A DNA stretch of 30,995 nucleotides from a virus (lineage: Duplodnaviria > Caudoviricetes), in IMG/VR virus record IMGVR_UViG_3300017548_000198, positions 1 through 30,995 of that record; one strand, 5' to 3'. The notes below the pieces were generated by a model. The model saw only the letters and a list, made by a program, of their open reading frames with translations, ran no database searches and was not told where the DNA came from. Within the stretch, counting starts at the first letter, position 1. Every line of letters starts with the position of its first letter. Made by a program: the position numbers and the translations under genes. Of this stretch, positions 9,190 through 17,114 are shown piece by piece.

Positions 9190-10547
9190 TCGAATCCCCT
9201 TCTCGCGGGTTTACGGTGCTCTACGGTCGGCACCGAGCCCGTGAAGTTCTCGAATCGCATGAACTCGCCCAAGTACGACAAACTCACTTTGCCGTTCTTG
9301 CCTTGACGATTCTTCATGACATGCAGTTCGGCATAGCCCTTCCAGTCCGTGTCCGGGTTGTCTTGTTCTTCCCGGTAGAGACCAGCCAGAATGTCGCTGT
9401 CCTGTTCGATCGACCCGCCATCCCTGAAATCTGATGGTTTTGGCCGAGGGTTCAGGCGCTTCTCAATGTCTCGACTAAATTGGCTGAGGGCGATAACGGC
9501 AATGTTCAGCGTCTTGGCCAGCGTCTTGAGGCCTTTCGTGATCGCCTCGATCTGCTGATACCGCTTTTCCTCTCCCCCTGACATGAGCTGCAGGTAATCA
9601 ACGATGAGCAGATCCAAGCCATGCTTGCGTTTAACGCTCCGAGCCTTGGCGGACAACTCCAGCAACGTCAGTGCCGGCTGATCGTCAATGAACAGTTTCG
9701 CATCAGCCGAACGTTGGACTGCGTGTGTAACTCCCTCCCAATGGCTTTGATTCATTCGCCGCTTTGCGTCGGCCAATGCCGCGGAAGACACTCTTCCCCA
9801 GTTCGCTATGGCGCGCTCAGTCACCTCGGTTTCTGGCATTTCGCCAGACCAGAACAAGACGGAGTAGCCCTCTTCAGAGGTGTTGCATGCGATAGTTTCC
9901 CCGAGGGCCGACTTACCCATGCCCGGTCGGGCCCCGATCGTCATCAGAGCCCCGCGCCGGACTCCGCCATTCAGGATGTCATCCAAATCCGACAGGCCGG
10001 TTTTGATGCCCGGATTGTCAGCAGTTCCGTGGTAGCGACGATCAAGGTCATCCAGGTAGCGAGTCATAGCCTCCTGAATGCTCGCGGGCTCCCGTCGCGA
10101 AGTAGAGTCCGCAAGCTTTCCGAACTCTGCCTGCGCTGCATCCAGCAGCTCGGCTGCGCTTCTTCCGCCCTCTGAAACGTCCGAACTCACCTTCATCGAA
10201 GCAGCCAACAGGCCTCGCATCAGCGCCTTCTCCCGCACGATTTCGGCATAGCGGCCCACGTTGGACGCGCTGGGCACAGAGGTCGCGATTTCGTTCAGGT
10301 ACGACATTGACACGCCGCTGCCCGCGCCCCGTAGGGAGTCTGCAACGGTTATGACGTCTGCAGGCTTTCCAGCCAGCAGCAAGCGGATGATGTGCTCGTA
10401 CGCTTGGCGGTTCTCGTGCCGATAAAAGGCTTCACCCTTCAGCTCCGGCATACGGTCCAGTGCGCCGTTATCAAGCAACAGCCCGCCAATCACGGCTTGT
10501 TCTGCGCTCAGGCTGTGCGGAGGCACGGTTTGTAGGTAGTCGGTCAT
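9186..10547 (-). CDS. dnaB: Replicative DNA helicase, DnaB family (phage-encoded)
   Basis: PPHS..AEQAVIGGLL, GARPGMGKS, IVDYLQLM, ALSQ, GSIEQDSD, KNRQG. Confidence 0.95.
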   Translation of the reverse strand: MTDYLQTVPPHSLSAEQAVIGGLLLDNGALDRMPELKGEAFYRHENRQAYEHIIRLLLAGKPADVITVADSLRGAGSGVSMSYLNEIATSVPSASNVGRYAEIVREKALMRGLLAASMKVSSDVSEGGRSAAELLDAAQAEFGKLADSTSRREPASIQEAMTRYLDDLDRRYHGTADNPGIKTGLSDLDDILNGGVRRGALMTIGARPGMGKSALGETIACNTSEEGYSVLFWSGEMPETEVTERAIANWGRVSSAALADAKRRMNQSHWEGVTHAVQRSADAKLFIDDQPALTLLELSAKARSVKRKHGLDLLIVDYLQLMSGGEEKRYQQIEAITKGLKTLAKTLNIAVIALSQFSRDIEKRLNPRPKPSDFRDGGSIEQDSDILAGLYREEQDNPDTDWKGYAELHVMKNRQGKNGKVSLSYLGEFMRFENFTGSVPTVEHRKPARRGFE

Positions 10548-10940
10548 GCTGCCATATCCTCATATCGGCCTTCGCGAATCTTCGCGAAATTCTCGGCCTT
10601 GCAAATCCACTCCAAGCCAGGGCAAAACGGCTTTCGATTCCCGCTCGTGACGCGGCCGGTCAAGAATGCGGATTGAGAGATGTAGGTGAAGAACCTGCGC
10701 CACCAGTCGAGGTTTTGCCTTTCAGGGTCCTCCTTCCAGCGAGTACGCAAATGCTCTTGGCGAGCCGGGGTCCAGTCACGTATCGCAGGTGACGTCGGCA
10801 ATATCTCGTGGTAGAGCGCGATGATTTCCTGATGCGGGCAGGCAGGGGCGACGTCGGCTTTGCTGACGGCAACCAACCCGATAGGGTTGGTAATGTTTTC
10901 CTGCTCTTGTTCTTGCTCCTGCTCTTGCTCTTGGCTTCGA

Positions 10941-10970
10941 AGGGGCTTCAGAGGGGCTTTAGAGGGGCTT
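10941..10970. repeat. Iteron-like repeats AGGGGCTT x3 (11-bp period)
   Basis: Copies at 10941, 10952 and 10963, inside the initiator gene. Confidence 0.65.
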
Positions 10971-11205
10971 GTCTGGTCGCCGTTTGCACCCCTCCGGTTG
11001 GACATATGAAAGGCATCACCGTATCGGTCAAAGAACGGCCCCAGGAAAGCGTTCTCGGGGAGCGCTCATACTCGCGCTGAATGCCCTTGCAGCGGTTGTC
11101 CTTGGGCTCTAGGCGATCGGCTATCTGATATGTAGCCATTTCACGGACCCAAACCACCTCAGACTCTTCGTCGTAATCGCAAAACCCTGCTTCGCAGGCC
11201 CTTTC

Positions 11206-11224
11206 AAGCCCCTTGGAAGCCCCT
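11206..11224. repeat. Inverted copies of the iteron-like motif, AAGCCCCT x2 (11-bp period)
   Basis: Copies at 11206 and 11217; exact reverse complement of the 10941-10970 motif. Confidence 0.6.
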
Positions 11225-11401
11225 TCAATGCCGAGCCCAGTATCTACAGCGATGTAGGCTTTGCTGAGGTAGTAAAGCCCGAGCATGTTGGCATGCTGGC
11301 AAGTCATCAGATAGAGGCCGACGATCACCGCCTCCGGCCCAGCTGCCTTAAGCGCTCGGCCTGTCTTTCCCGTCCAAAACTGTGGAGCGACTTTGGCGTA
11401 C

Positions 11402-11548
11402 TCACGCATGTCCTGCTCCCGAAAGCATGCGCTTCAGAGCCGCGGCCCAGGCATGTACATGCGGCGCCATAGCGCTACGCCGCTTCAACGTGGACAACTT
11501 ACGCGCCTCCTTCATGGCGTCTTGATAGGCCTTCTCTTGGTTCGTCAT
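11402..11548 (-). CDS. Small hypothetical protein (48 aa)
   Basis: Not in the track. MTNQEKAYQDAMKEARKL...GAGHA; start overlaps the upstream stop (ATGA) and stop overlaps the initiator start. Confidence 0.6.
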   Translation of the reverse strand: MTNQEKAYQDAMKEARKLSTLKRRSAMAPHVHAWAAALKRMLSGAGHA

Positions 11549-12027
11549 TCCTGCCTCCGCAGGTACGCGCCGAGCAGGCGCTGCATGTCAGCCTCGGCCT
11601 CTTCTGGCCATTGCCGACGCGCGCGCAACTGGTCGCGGGTTTCTTGGAGCCACTGGATTTGATAAGCGGCTGATGTGGCTTTGTCGTAGACACCGCCTTG
11701 GTCTAGTTGGTAGTGACAGCCGGGACGTCCAATTTCGTCGCAGCACAGAGGCACCGTGAGAGCGTCAGACGCCTTGAGGCTCTTCGCTTTTCCCGCCGCC
11801 AACAAGTTCAGGTGTGCTGCTTGAGAACAATTCGAGCGGCCACAGCAAGCACAATTCAGCGCCGCCACATTCATGCGATGCTGGCGGCTGCGGAATACGC
11901 TCTCGGGCTTACGCTCGATCGGGCGCAGGAAATTCAGGGCTGCGGCGACCTTATGGCCCAACCCATGGGATCGGTCCGCCTTGGTGCGCTTCATTGGGGT
12001 TTTGCGCTGGAGCGAGCTATTCCACAT
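11545..12027 (-). CDS. DUF968/DUF1364-like zinc-binding putative nuclease
   Basis: CACCG...QAAH...DALTVPLC...CH motif set; nin-like region. Confidence 0.65.
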   Translation of the reverse strand: MWNSSLQRKTPMKRTKADRSHGLGHKVAAALNFLRPIERKPESVFRSRQHRMNVAALNCACCGRSNCSQAAHLNLLAAGKAKSLKASDALTVPLCCDEIGRPGCHYQLDQGGVYDKATSAAYQIQWLQETRDQLRARRQWPEEAEADMQRLLGAYLRRQE

Positions 12028-12454
12028 GAGCAGTTCCTTTCACTTCGAGGCGCAGCCCTCGTGATGCGAAGTCATCGCGTACGGCGTCTGCATATTTGGT
12101 CAGCTGCTTGACGTTCATCCGAGAGGTGACTGGCAGCACTCGCATGACCTGCAATTTCTGCTCGTAGCTCAGACCCTTGATAGTGGTGTCGTATGCCTCG
12201 CGAAATTCTTCGTCTTCAGCACGCAGAATCGGCACGCCGTGATGAAGCTTGCAATAGCACTTCCAGCCAAGTTCATCGTCTTCTGGAAATGCCTGGGCTA
12301 TTTCTTCGTACCAGGCATGAGAGAAAGAATTCTGCGGTAGCGTCCGGCCTTTTGGGCCGATCGTTACCCGTGCGCCCTCTTCCGCTCTCATCACCGCCAG
12401 GATGACGTTCTCGCGCACCTGGGGGCTGATCAGTTGGAATACTTGCTTGTCCAT
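12017..12454 (-). CDS. ninB: NinB/Orf-like recombination protein
   Basis: RTLPQNS..HAWY.EIA, WK, and TSRMNVKQL..Y motifs. Confidence 0.7.
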   Translation of the reverse strand: MDKQVFQLISPQVRENVILAVMRAEEGARVTIGPKGRTLPQNSFSHAWYEEIAQAFPEDDELGWKCYCKLHHGVPILRAEDEEFREAYDTTIKGLSYEQKLQVMRVLPVTSRMNVKQLTKYADAVRDDFASRGLRLEVKGTAHVE

Positions 12455-12768
12455 CAGCTTTTCCTCTTCCAGGTTTCCTGGCGTGCCTGCAAATACTTGA
12501 ACGCCAAACTCTCGATGGCTTGCTGCTCGCGTTGGTCGACAACAACAGCGTCGCTAGGAGCAAGTTGCATATCGATCGCGGCGAGAAGTTGGCAGACCTT
12601 CTCGACGTCCTCTTTCATTCGGCTAACAGTGCTCGCCGATGAGCCCATGAAATCGGCTGCACGCTCCTGCGTTACCTCTGCAAGGCGCTGCAAGATCTCG
12701 GCATAAAGGCGTGCGCCGATCTTGCGTGTGATTTCAATCTGATCGGCAGATACTGCTTGCGTACTCAT
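12454..12768 (-). CDS. Lambdoid CII-family transcriptional activator
   Basis: IL-x-RLA-x-VTQ-x-x-AA-x-x-MG-x-SASTVSR HTH; position downstream of cro. Confidence 0.75.
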   Translation of the reverse strand: MSTQAVSADQIEITRKIGARLYAEILQRLAEVTQERAADFMGSSASTVSRMKEDVEKVCQLLAAIDMQLAPSDAVVVDQREQQAIESLAFKYLQARQETWKRKS

Positions 12769-12797
12769 TTCTGAACTCGATTTAGGAATTAAAGAAC

Positions 12798-12962
12798 GTG
12801 ACCGAAACGGAAAAACTTCTTACCGAAGCCCAGGACTTGGCCTTGCGGGCTTTTGAATCGCCCACGCAGGAGACAGTTATGGAATTGATGCGTCGCCTTT
12901 TTGATGAAGCGGACCGTCTGCGATACGAGACGCCAGAACCTGATGATCGGGTGCTGCATTGA
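12798..12962 (+). CDS. Small hypothetical protein (54 aa), antisense to the early-right operon
   Basis: Not in the track. GTG start after AGGA; MTETEKLLTEAQDLALRAFESPTQETVMELMRRLFDEADR...VLH; helical amphipathic pattern. Confidence 0.55.
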   Translation: MTETEKLLTEAQDLALRAFESPTQETVMELMRRLFDEADRLRYETPEPDDRVLH

Positions 12963-13044
12963 ACACTTACCGTATTGGGCGACCAGTTCCGGACGGATAT
13001 GATCCAGATTCCACTCAACGCCCCTTCTCCACAGGGAAACTGCC

Positions 13045-13413
13045 ATGAATAGAGATATGGACTTGATCAGGCGCATCGCTTTAGAAACAGCGGATGCGCC
13101 GCACGGGAAACGCTTGGACAAGTTGGATGGTGTCGACCCGAACGATTTCGCGCTGCATGTCATATGGATGGACGAGGCAGGACTCGTTAAGGCGCAAATC
13201 TTCCAGCCAATATCAGGAAGAGTTTCGGCCACTGTCCTGCGACTGACCTGGGACGGCTGCGAGTTTGTTGACGCGGTTCGCAGCGACACCCTTTGGAACA
13301 AGGCAAAAGACAATGTCATCAAGCCGGCTGGATCATTCACGTTCGGAATCCTTCGGGACTGGATCAAAACCGAGATCACTCAAGGCTTGCCGACCCTGCG
13401 CGGTCTTGGATAG
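13045..13413 (+). CDS. DUF2513-like winged-helix protein
   Basis: MNRDMDLIR.I...H...M.EAGL...RLTW.G.EF.DAVR.DT.W signature. Confidence 0.8.
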   Translation: MNRDMDLIRRIALETADAPHGKRLDKLDGVDPNDFALHVIWMDEAGLVKAQIFQPISGRVSATVLRLTWDGCEFVDAVRSDTLWNKAKDNVIKPAGSFTFGILRDWIKTEITQGLPTLRGLG

Positions 13414-13599
13414 CAAGTCATGCAGATCGCAGGCGACAGCAAGCATCACCCGCTGCTCGGGGCTCATGTTTCCGTCGCGGAGCGATGCGTCTGCCATTAC
13501 GAATTCGGAGCGCGAGCTGAGAGATACGCCCGCAGCATCCGCCAGGCCGCCCGCGTACTGCGCGATCGCGGCAAAAGAGCTTCGGCTCGCATCACACAT
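13333..13599 (-). CDS. Hypothetical protein downstream of cro
   Basis: ATG at 13599 with GAGG upstream, overlapping the cro stop; 3' end overlaps the convergent DUF2513 gene by 81 nt. Confidence 0.4.
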   Translation of the reverse strand: MCDASRSSFAAIAQYAGGLADAAGVSLSSRSEFVMADASLRDGNMSPEQRVMLAVACDLHDLLSKTAQGRQALSDLGFDPVPKDSERE

Positions 13600-13852
13600 G
13601 GCCCACCTCTTGTTGGGAGAGTTGGGAGATCCTTGGTCGTCTCGCATATTCCCAGTCGACATCAGGACGAAGAGATTCTCGAAGGACCTTGCCCCCGGAT
13701 TCACGATCCAAATCAATGCACAGGGATTCACGCAGTTTCTGGCCGATGGATACTGCCTTCCGCAGATAGCCAACAGACGTATGGCACCGCGCTGCATAGG
13801 CAGCCTGCTCAGGAGGCGTTAGGCTGTTGAGGTAGTCGAGGAGTGTCTTCAT
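13592..13852 (-). CDS. cro: Cro/YdaS-like repressor
   Basis: MKTLLDYLNSL...YAARC.TSVGYLRK...SGGKV...LRPDVDW; divergent from cI across the operators. Confidence 0.85.
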   Translation of the reverse strand: MKTLLDYLNSLTPPEQAAYAARCHTSVGYLRKAVSIGQKLRESLCIDLDRESGGKVLRESLRPDVDWEYARRPRISQLSQQEVGHV

Positions 13853-13859
13853 AAGCCAA

Positions 13860-13924
13860 GTATTACTGAACAGTAATGCCTTTGTCAATACTGTTTGGTC
13901 ATTTACCGTTTAGTAATCGACAAT
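13860..13924. promoter_or_regulatory. OR-like control region: three operators plus divergent promoters
   Basis: ATTACTGAACAGTAAT (13862-13877, perfect 7-2-7 inverted repeat); degenerate copies at 13887-13902 and 13902-13917. Minus TTGACA(13888-13883)-17-TAATAC; plus TGGTCA(13896-13901)-17-GACAAT(13919-13924). Confidence 0.8.
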
Positions 13925-13930
13925 TCAACT

Positions 13931-15043
13931 ATGGACGACAGAGAAACACTTCACCGGCGCGCTCGGCTTAGAGAATTGATTGCCATCTGCTTTGAGGGCA
14001 AGGACGCCAATTTGCTGGACCACATCCAGCGGAAAACCGGAAAACGTCCGAACCAAGGAGAGATGTCAGGACTCCAGAAGGATCACGGCTCGAGATCCTT
14101 CGGTGATAAGAAGGCCAAGACGCTGACGGAACAGGTTGGCCTGCATCGTCGCTGGTTTGACTTCGGGTTGGGTTGCAACTTGGCTCAATCAGAATGGACG
14201 TCGGAGGAGTCTATGCCTCGACCGTCTCACGGCGCCGGTCGCGTTACAACGGTACTCCCGTGGCCCTTCCCTTCCGTATCTGAGAAGGACGTTCGCAACC
14301 TCGAGAAAAGTCAGCTCAGCGCCCTGGAGGGAGCGATAGCCTTGGCGATCGCCCAGCTCAAACTGGGCGTCCAGATATCTCCCTCGGCCAAGCCAGCACC
14401 GACTTCGCGCGGCGGCCTCGCGAATCTCGACTCAGCCGCCGACGAATTCCCCATGGCACCCGTGGTCGATCAAGCCCCCTGGGCCGGCGGCAAGACCACC
14501 AAGCAAATGGAACGCGAGGGCCTGGTTCAATTCGGCCTGGACCGGAGCGTCGCGACCAATGTCACTGCCGGCGAACCTGTAGCCGCCAACGAAAAGTTTG
14601 AAAAGGTGTCGGAACTGGCCGATGTCCGCCTGGCTGCAGGCGACGGCATCGAGGCAGAGAACGAGCTCGTGACAGGCGCGATCCAGTTCCGCCAGTCCTT
14701 CCTGCGCTCAGTCGGTGCCGACAAGGGGCGCGGCCGGGTCGTCTACGCCAAGGGCGACAGCATGGAGGGCGACATCAAAGACGGATGGGCGCTCTTGGTT
14801 GTGCCGGATGACAGCCTGACCATTCGCGACCTCGTGCCCAAGACGGTCTATGCCATCAACTATGACGGGAAGATGATCGTTAAGATCATCGATAAGGATC
14901 CGCTTACTGGTAAGTGGGTGGCCAAGTCCGCCAATAGGCGGTATCGGGATATTCCTCTAGAGGCTGAGGGTGTGTCGGTCAGAATATTGGGGCGGGTCGT
15001 GTGGGCCGGGGGCAGGCTGGACCAAGGAGGAATAGAGGCCTGA
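13931..15043 (+). CDS. cI: CI-like repressor with C-terminal S24 autopeptidase domain
   Basis: N-terminal helical DNA-binding region; Ala-Gly cleavage-like LAAGDG; catalytic GDSM and VK; RILGRVVW end. 370 aa from MDDRET. Confidence 0.85.
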   Translation: MDDRETLHRRARLRELIAICFEGKDANLLDHIQRKTGKRPNQGEMSGLQKDHGSRSFGDKKAKTLTEQVGLHRRWFDFGLGCNLAQSEWTSEESMPRPSHGAGRVTTVLPWPFPSVSEKDVRNLEKSQLSALEGAIALAIAQLKLGVQISPSAKPAPTSRGGLANLDSAADEFPMAPVVDQAPWAGGKTTKQMEREGLVQFGLDRSVATNVTAGEPVAANEKFEKVSELADVRLAAGDGIEAENELVTGAIQFRQSFLRSVGADKGRGRVVYAKGDSMEGDIKDGWALLVVPDDSLTIRDLVPKTVYAINYDGKMIVKIIDKDPLTGKWVAKSANRRYRDIPLEAEGVSVRILGRVVWAGGRLDQGGIEA

Positions 15044-15101
15044 CCTACAGCGACTTGTTATGGACCGACGTTGTGGGGAATTTTAAGGTGGATGTGACGA
15101 A

Positions 15102-15503
15102 ATGAGAAAAACATTTCTTGTTCTTGCGCTAACGTTCGTACCAACGTTACCAACGGCAGCCTCCGCCGATCTTGTGGAGGGCACGGGGAATTATTGGCTA
15201 CAGAAGTGTGAGGCGCCAAGTGGAAGTCTTGACTCTGCAGTTTGTCTGGGATTCGTCATGGGACTGCACCGCGGATTTGTTTATGGCTCCATGGTCACGT
15301 GGCTAACCGCCGGGAACATAACGAAGAGTAAGAATCTCTCATATGACAAGTTGGCTCAGTTCTATTGTTTGCCAGCAGGGGTCACAAATGGGCAGACGCA
15401 AGCCATATTCGTCAAGTACCTGACCCAGAATCCGGAGCGGCGTCATGAGCCTGGCGAGAGCTTGTTCGTAGAAGCGCTCGCACGTGCCTATCCCTGTCGA
15501 TAA
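15102..15503 (+). CDS. Rap1a/Tai-like periplasmic immunity-family protein
   Basis: Signal peptide; TGN..L..C, C.GFV.G, YC.P.GVT..Q, KYL..NPE.RH, AL..AYPC signature. Confidence 0.75.
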   Translation: MRKTFLVLALTFVPTLPTAASADLVEGTGNYWLQKCEAPSGSLDSAVCLGFVMGLHRGFVYGSMVTWLTAGNITKSKNLSYDKLAQFYCLPAGVTNGQTQAIFVKYLTQNPERRHEPGESLFVEALARAYPCR

Positions 15504-15663
15504 CCCCACCGAGAAGCTGATGAGCGGGGCTGCTGATAAGTGCCTTAAGAAATAGGAGACATAACAAAATGAGATTTACCCATCTAATGCCAGGGACCGG
15601 CCATGTCGTTGCCGTACGAACTAGGATTGAACTGTCCACATCCTCCCTTGCTTGAGTCTGGCT

Positions 15664-16050
15664 ATGAAGAATATCGCCGCGGACCGAATCAGCCATGTGT
15701 ATGGAATAACTGGGTCAGTTTTGGCGCTGTTAAGCCTCGCGTTGGCATGGAAATTAGATTCACCCTGGTCTGAGTATGCGCTCATGGCTTCTGGATGGGT
15801 TGCGGCTTTTACCTATGCGGCGGTTTTGTGGCGCGTTTTGCACCCGTACCATCAGAGCGTGGTCGCACTCGGGGAAGCGACCGAACGAGAAAAGCAGCTC
15901 CGCGACCTAATAGACCAAATGGGCCGAGCGCATGCTGCTGAACTTGAAAAGAGATCGGCTACTGCTGACTTTTTGGCAGGGCTCATGATGGGCAAGCCAG
16001 CTACTGCTCGCGAAATGGCACCTCGAGAAAAAACGGAGGACACCAAATGA
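15664..16050 (+). CDS. Two-TM protein with coiled-coil tail; Gop-like toxin candidate
   Basis: 128 aa; two hydrophobic helices; ATGA-coupled to the beta-like gene. Gop assignment rests on size and synteny. Confidence 0.55.
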   Translation: MKNIAADRISHVYGITGSVLALLSLALAWKLDSPWSEYALMASGWVAAFTYAAVLWRVLHPYHQSVVALGEATEREKQLRDLIDQMGRAHAAELEKRSATADFLAGLMMGKPATAREMAPREKTEDTK

Positions 16051-17114
16051 TTATTAACTTCGACGACTATTCATACTATCCCGCGCTTCGCACCCGGGTA
16101 GCTGAAATGAGGGGGCTGCACGAACTAGACGCAGAGCGAAAGAATAGGATATTGCCGCTCATTACGCTGGGCCAGTGGCCACGAGCATTGGAGTTTCAAC
16201 GCTCCATTGACCGGGCTTGTGAAGCTATGGGAGAGCGGCCATTCATAGTCGACTTGACAGCAGAGGCAGACCGATTACCAAACGAGCATTCCCAATTAAC
16301 TAACGCCCACAATGCTTTTGAGAATTGGCGTAATTTTGTTGAGAAATGCTCCACAGCTATCCCTACCGTCCTGCTCACACAAGGAGCAAGAACAAGGGAT
16401 CTGGTCAGGCAGGCGGTGCTATTTGAGCAAATCAAAGGGAAACTCGCATTCCGCATTCGCGATTTTCCATCCGATACGGCAACGGTGATTAGCGCATTGA
16501 GCGCGATGGACGATCCAACAAATGCGATCATATTCATAGACTCGCAATACATTCGAAGCGCGCTTGCCGCTTACGTGACAGCTACGATAGCCACCATCAA
16601 TGCGATTCGAAATGAGTTTCCTGAGGCCATCGTCGCAACCCTAGCTACCAGTTTCCCGGCATCTACTATCTCATTTGCTGATCAAAGCCAGGAGCGCGGC
16701 ACTATCGAAATGCTCGAGAGAGAGCTCTACGATCGCGTAGGCGGTTCCGGTGTAGCGATATATGGCGACCATGCCTCGATTCACTCCGTCGTTTATGACA
16801 ATGGAGGAGTGATGAGGTGGTCGCCGCGGATAGACTACCCTCGTTTCCGCGATTGGTATTTTGAACGAAGATCGGGAATGTCCCCCGAGGCTGGATATAT
16901 CGCGGCGGCACAGGCTGTCGTTTCCGCAGACCCTGAAATAGGCACAAGAGGCATTTGGGGTGAAAGTATGATTGTTCAAGCCGCTAATGGGAATCCATAC
17001 GCCAAAGCGCCAGCCTCTTGGATTTCAGTGCGATCGAACATTCACATGGCACGCCAGATCGATTTGGCCAATCAGCCGCTAGATGAAGATGATGAGGACG
17101 ATGAGACGCTCTAG
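16047..17114 (+). CDS. Beta-family protein (P4 beta / sce7725-like)
   Basis: 355 aa; Y.P.LR...AE..GL, TSFP, YGDHAS, PRIDYP, W...R, W...R.N.H motifs. Confidence 0.78.
   Translation: MIINFDDYSYYPALRTRVAEMRGLHELDAERKNRILPLITLGQWPRALEFQRSIDRACEAMGERPFIVDLTAEADRLPNEHSQLTNAHNAFENWRNFVEKCSTAIPTVLLTQGARTRDLVRQAVLFEQIKGKLAFRIRDFPSDTATVISALSAMDDPTNAIIFIDSQYIRSALAAYVTATIATINAIRNEFPEAIVATLATSFPASTISFADQSQERGTIEMLERELYDRVGGSGVAIYGDHASIHSVVYDNGGVMRWSPRIDYPRFRDWYFERRSGMSPEAGYIAAAQAVVSADPEIGTRGIWGESMIVQAANGNPYAKAPASWISVRSNIHMARQIDLANQPLDEDDEDDETL

Larger units (their letters stand above)
10544..11409 (-). pseudogene. Phage replication initiator (O-like), split by an apparent 1-nt deletion near 11065
   Basis: Two overlapping ORFs (10948-11409, 10544-11005). 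Adding one base at TAT-GA-GCG gives a continuous ~288-aa frame (...QREY[D/E]ALPENAFLGPFFDRYGDAFHMSN...QEQEQE...). Lies directly upstream of dnaB. Confidence 0.7.

Noticed and set aside
10895-10935. Short tandem repeat (CTGCTC/TTGCTC units) as a contingency locus or CRISPR
   Set aside because: Imperfect 6-nt units encoding the QEQEQE linker common in phage initiators; no spacers, and in-frame changes would not switch expression.
15510-15560. Hammerhead ribozyme core (CTGATGAG...GAAA)
   Set aside because: Stem II does not close correctly before GAAA, and no stems I/III with a cleavage triplet could be built.
15569-15655. 28-aa ORF with AGGAG upstream of the gop-like gene
   Set aside because: Too short and featureless to support without expression data.
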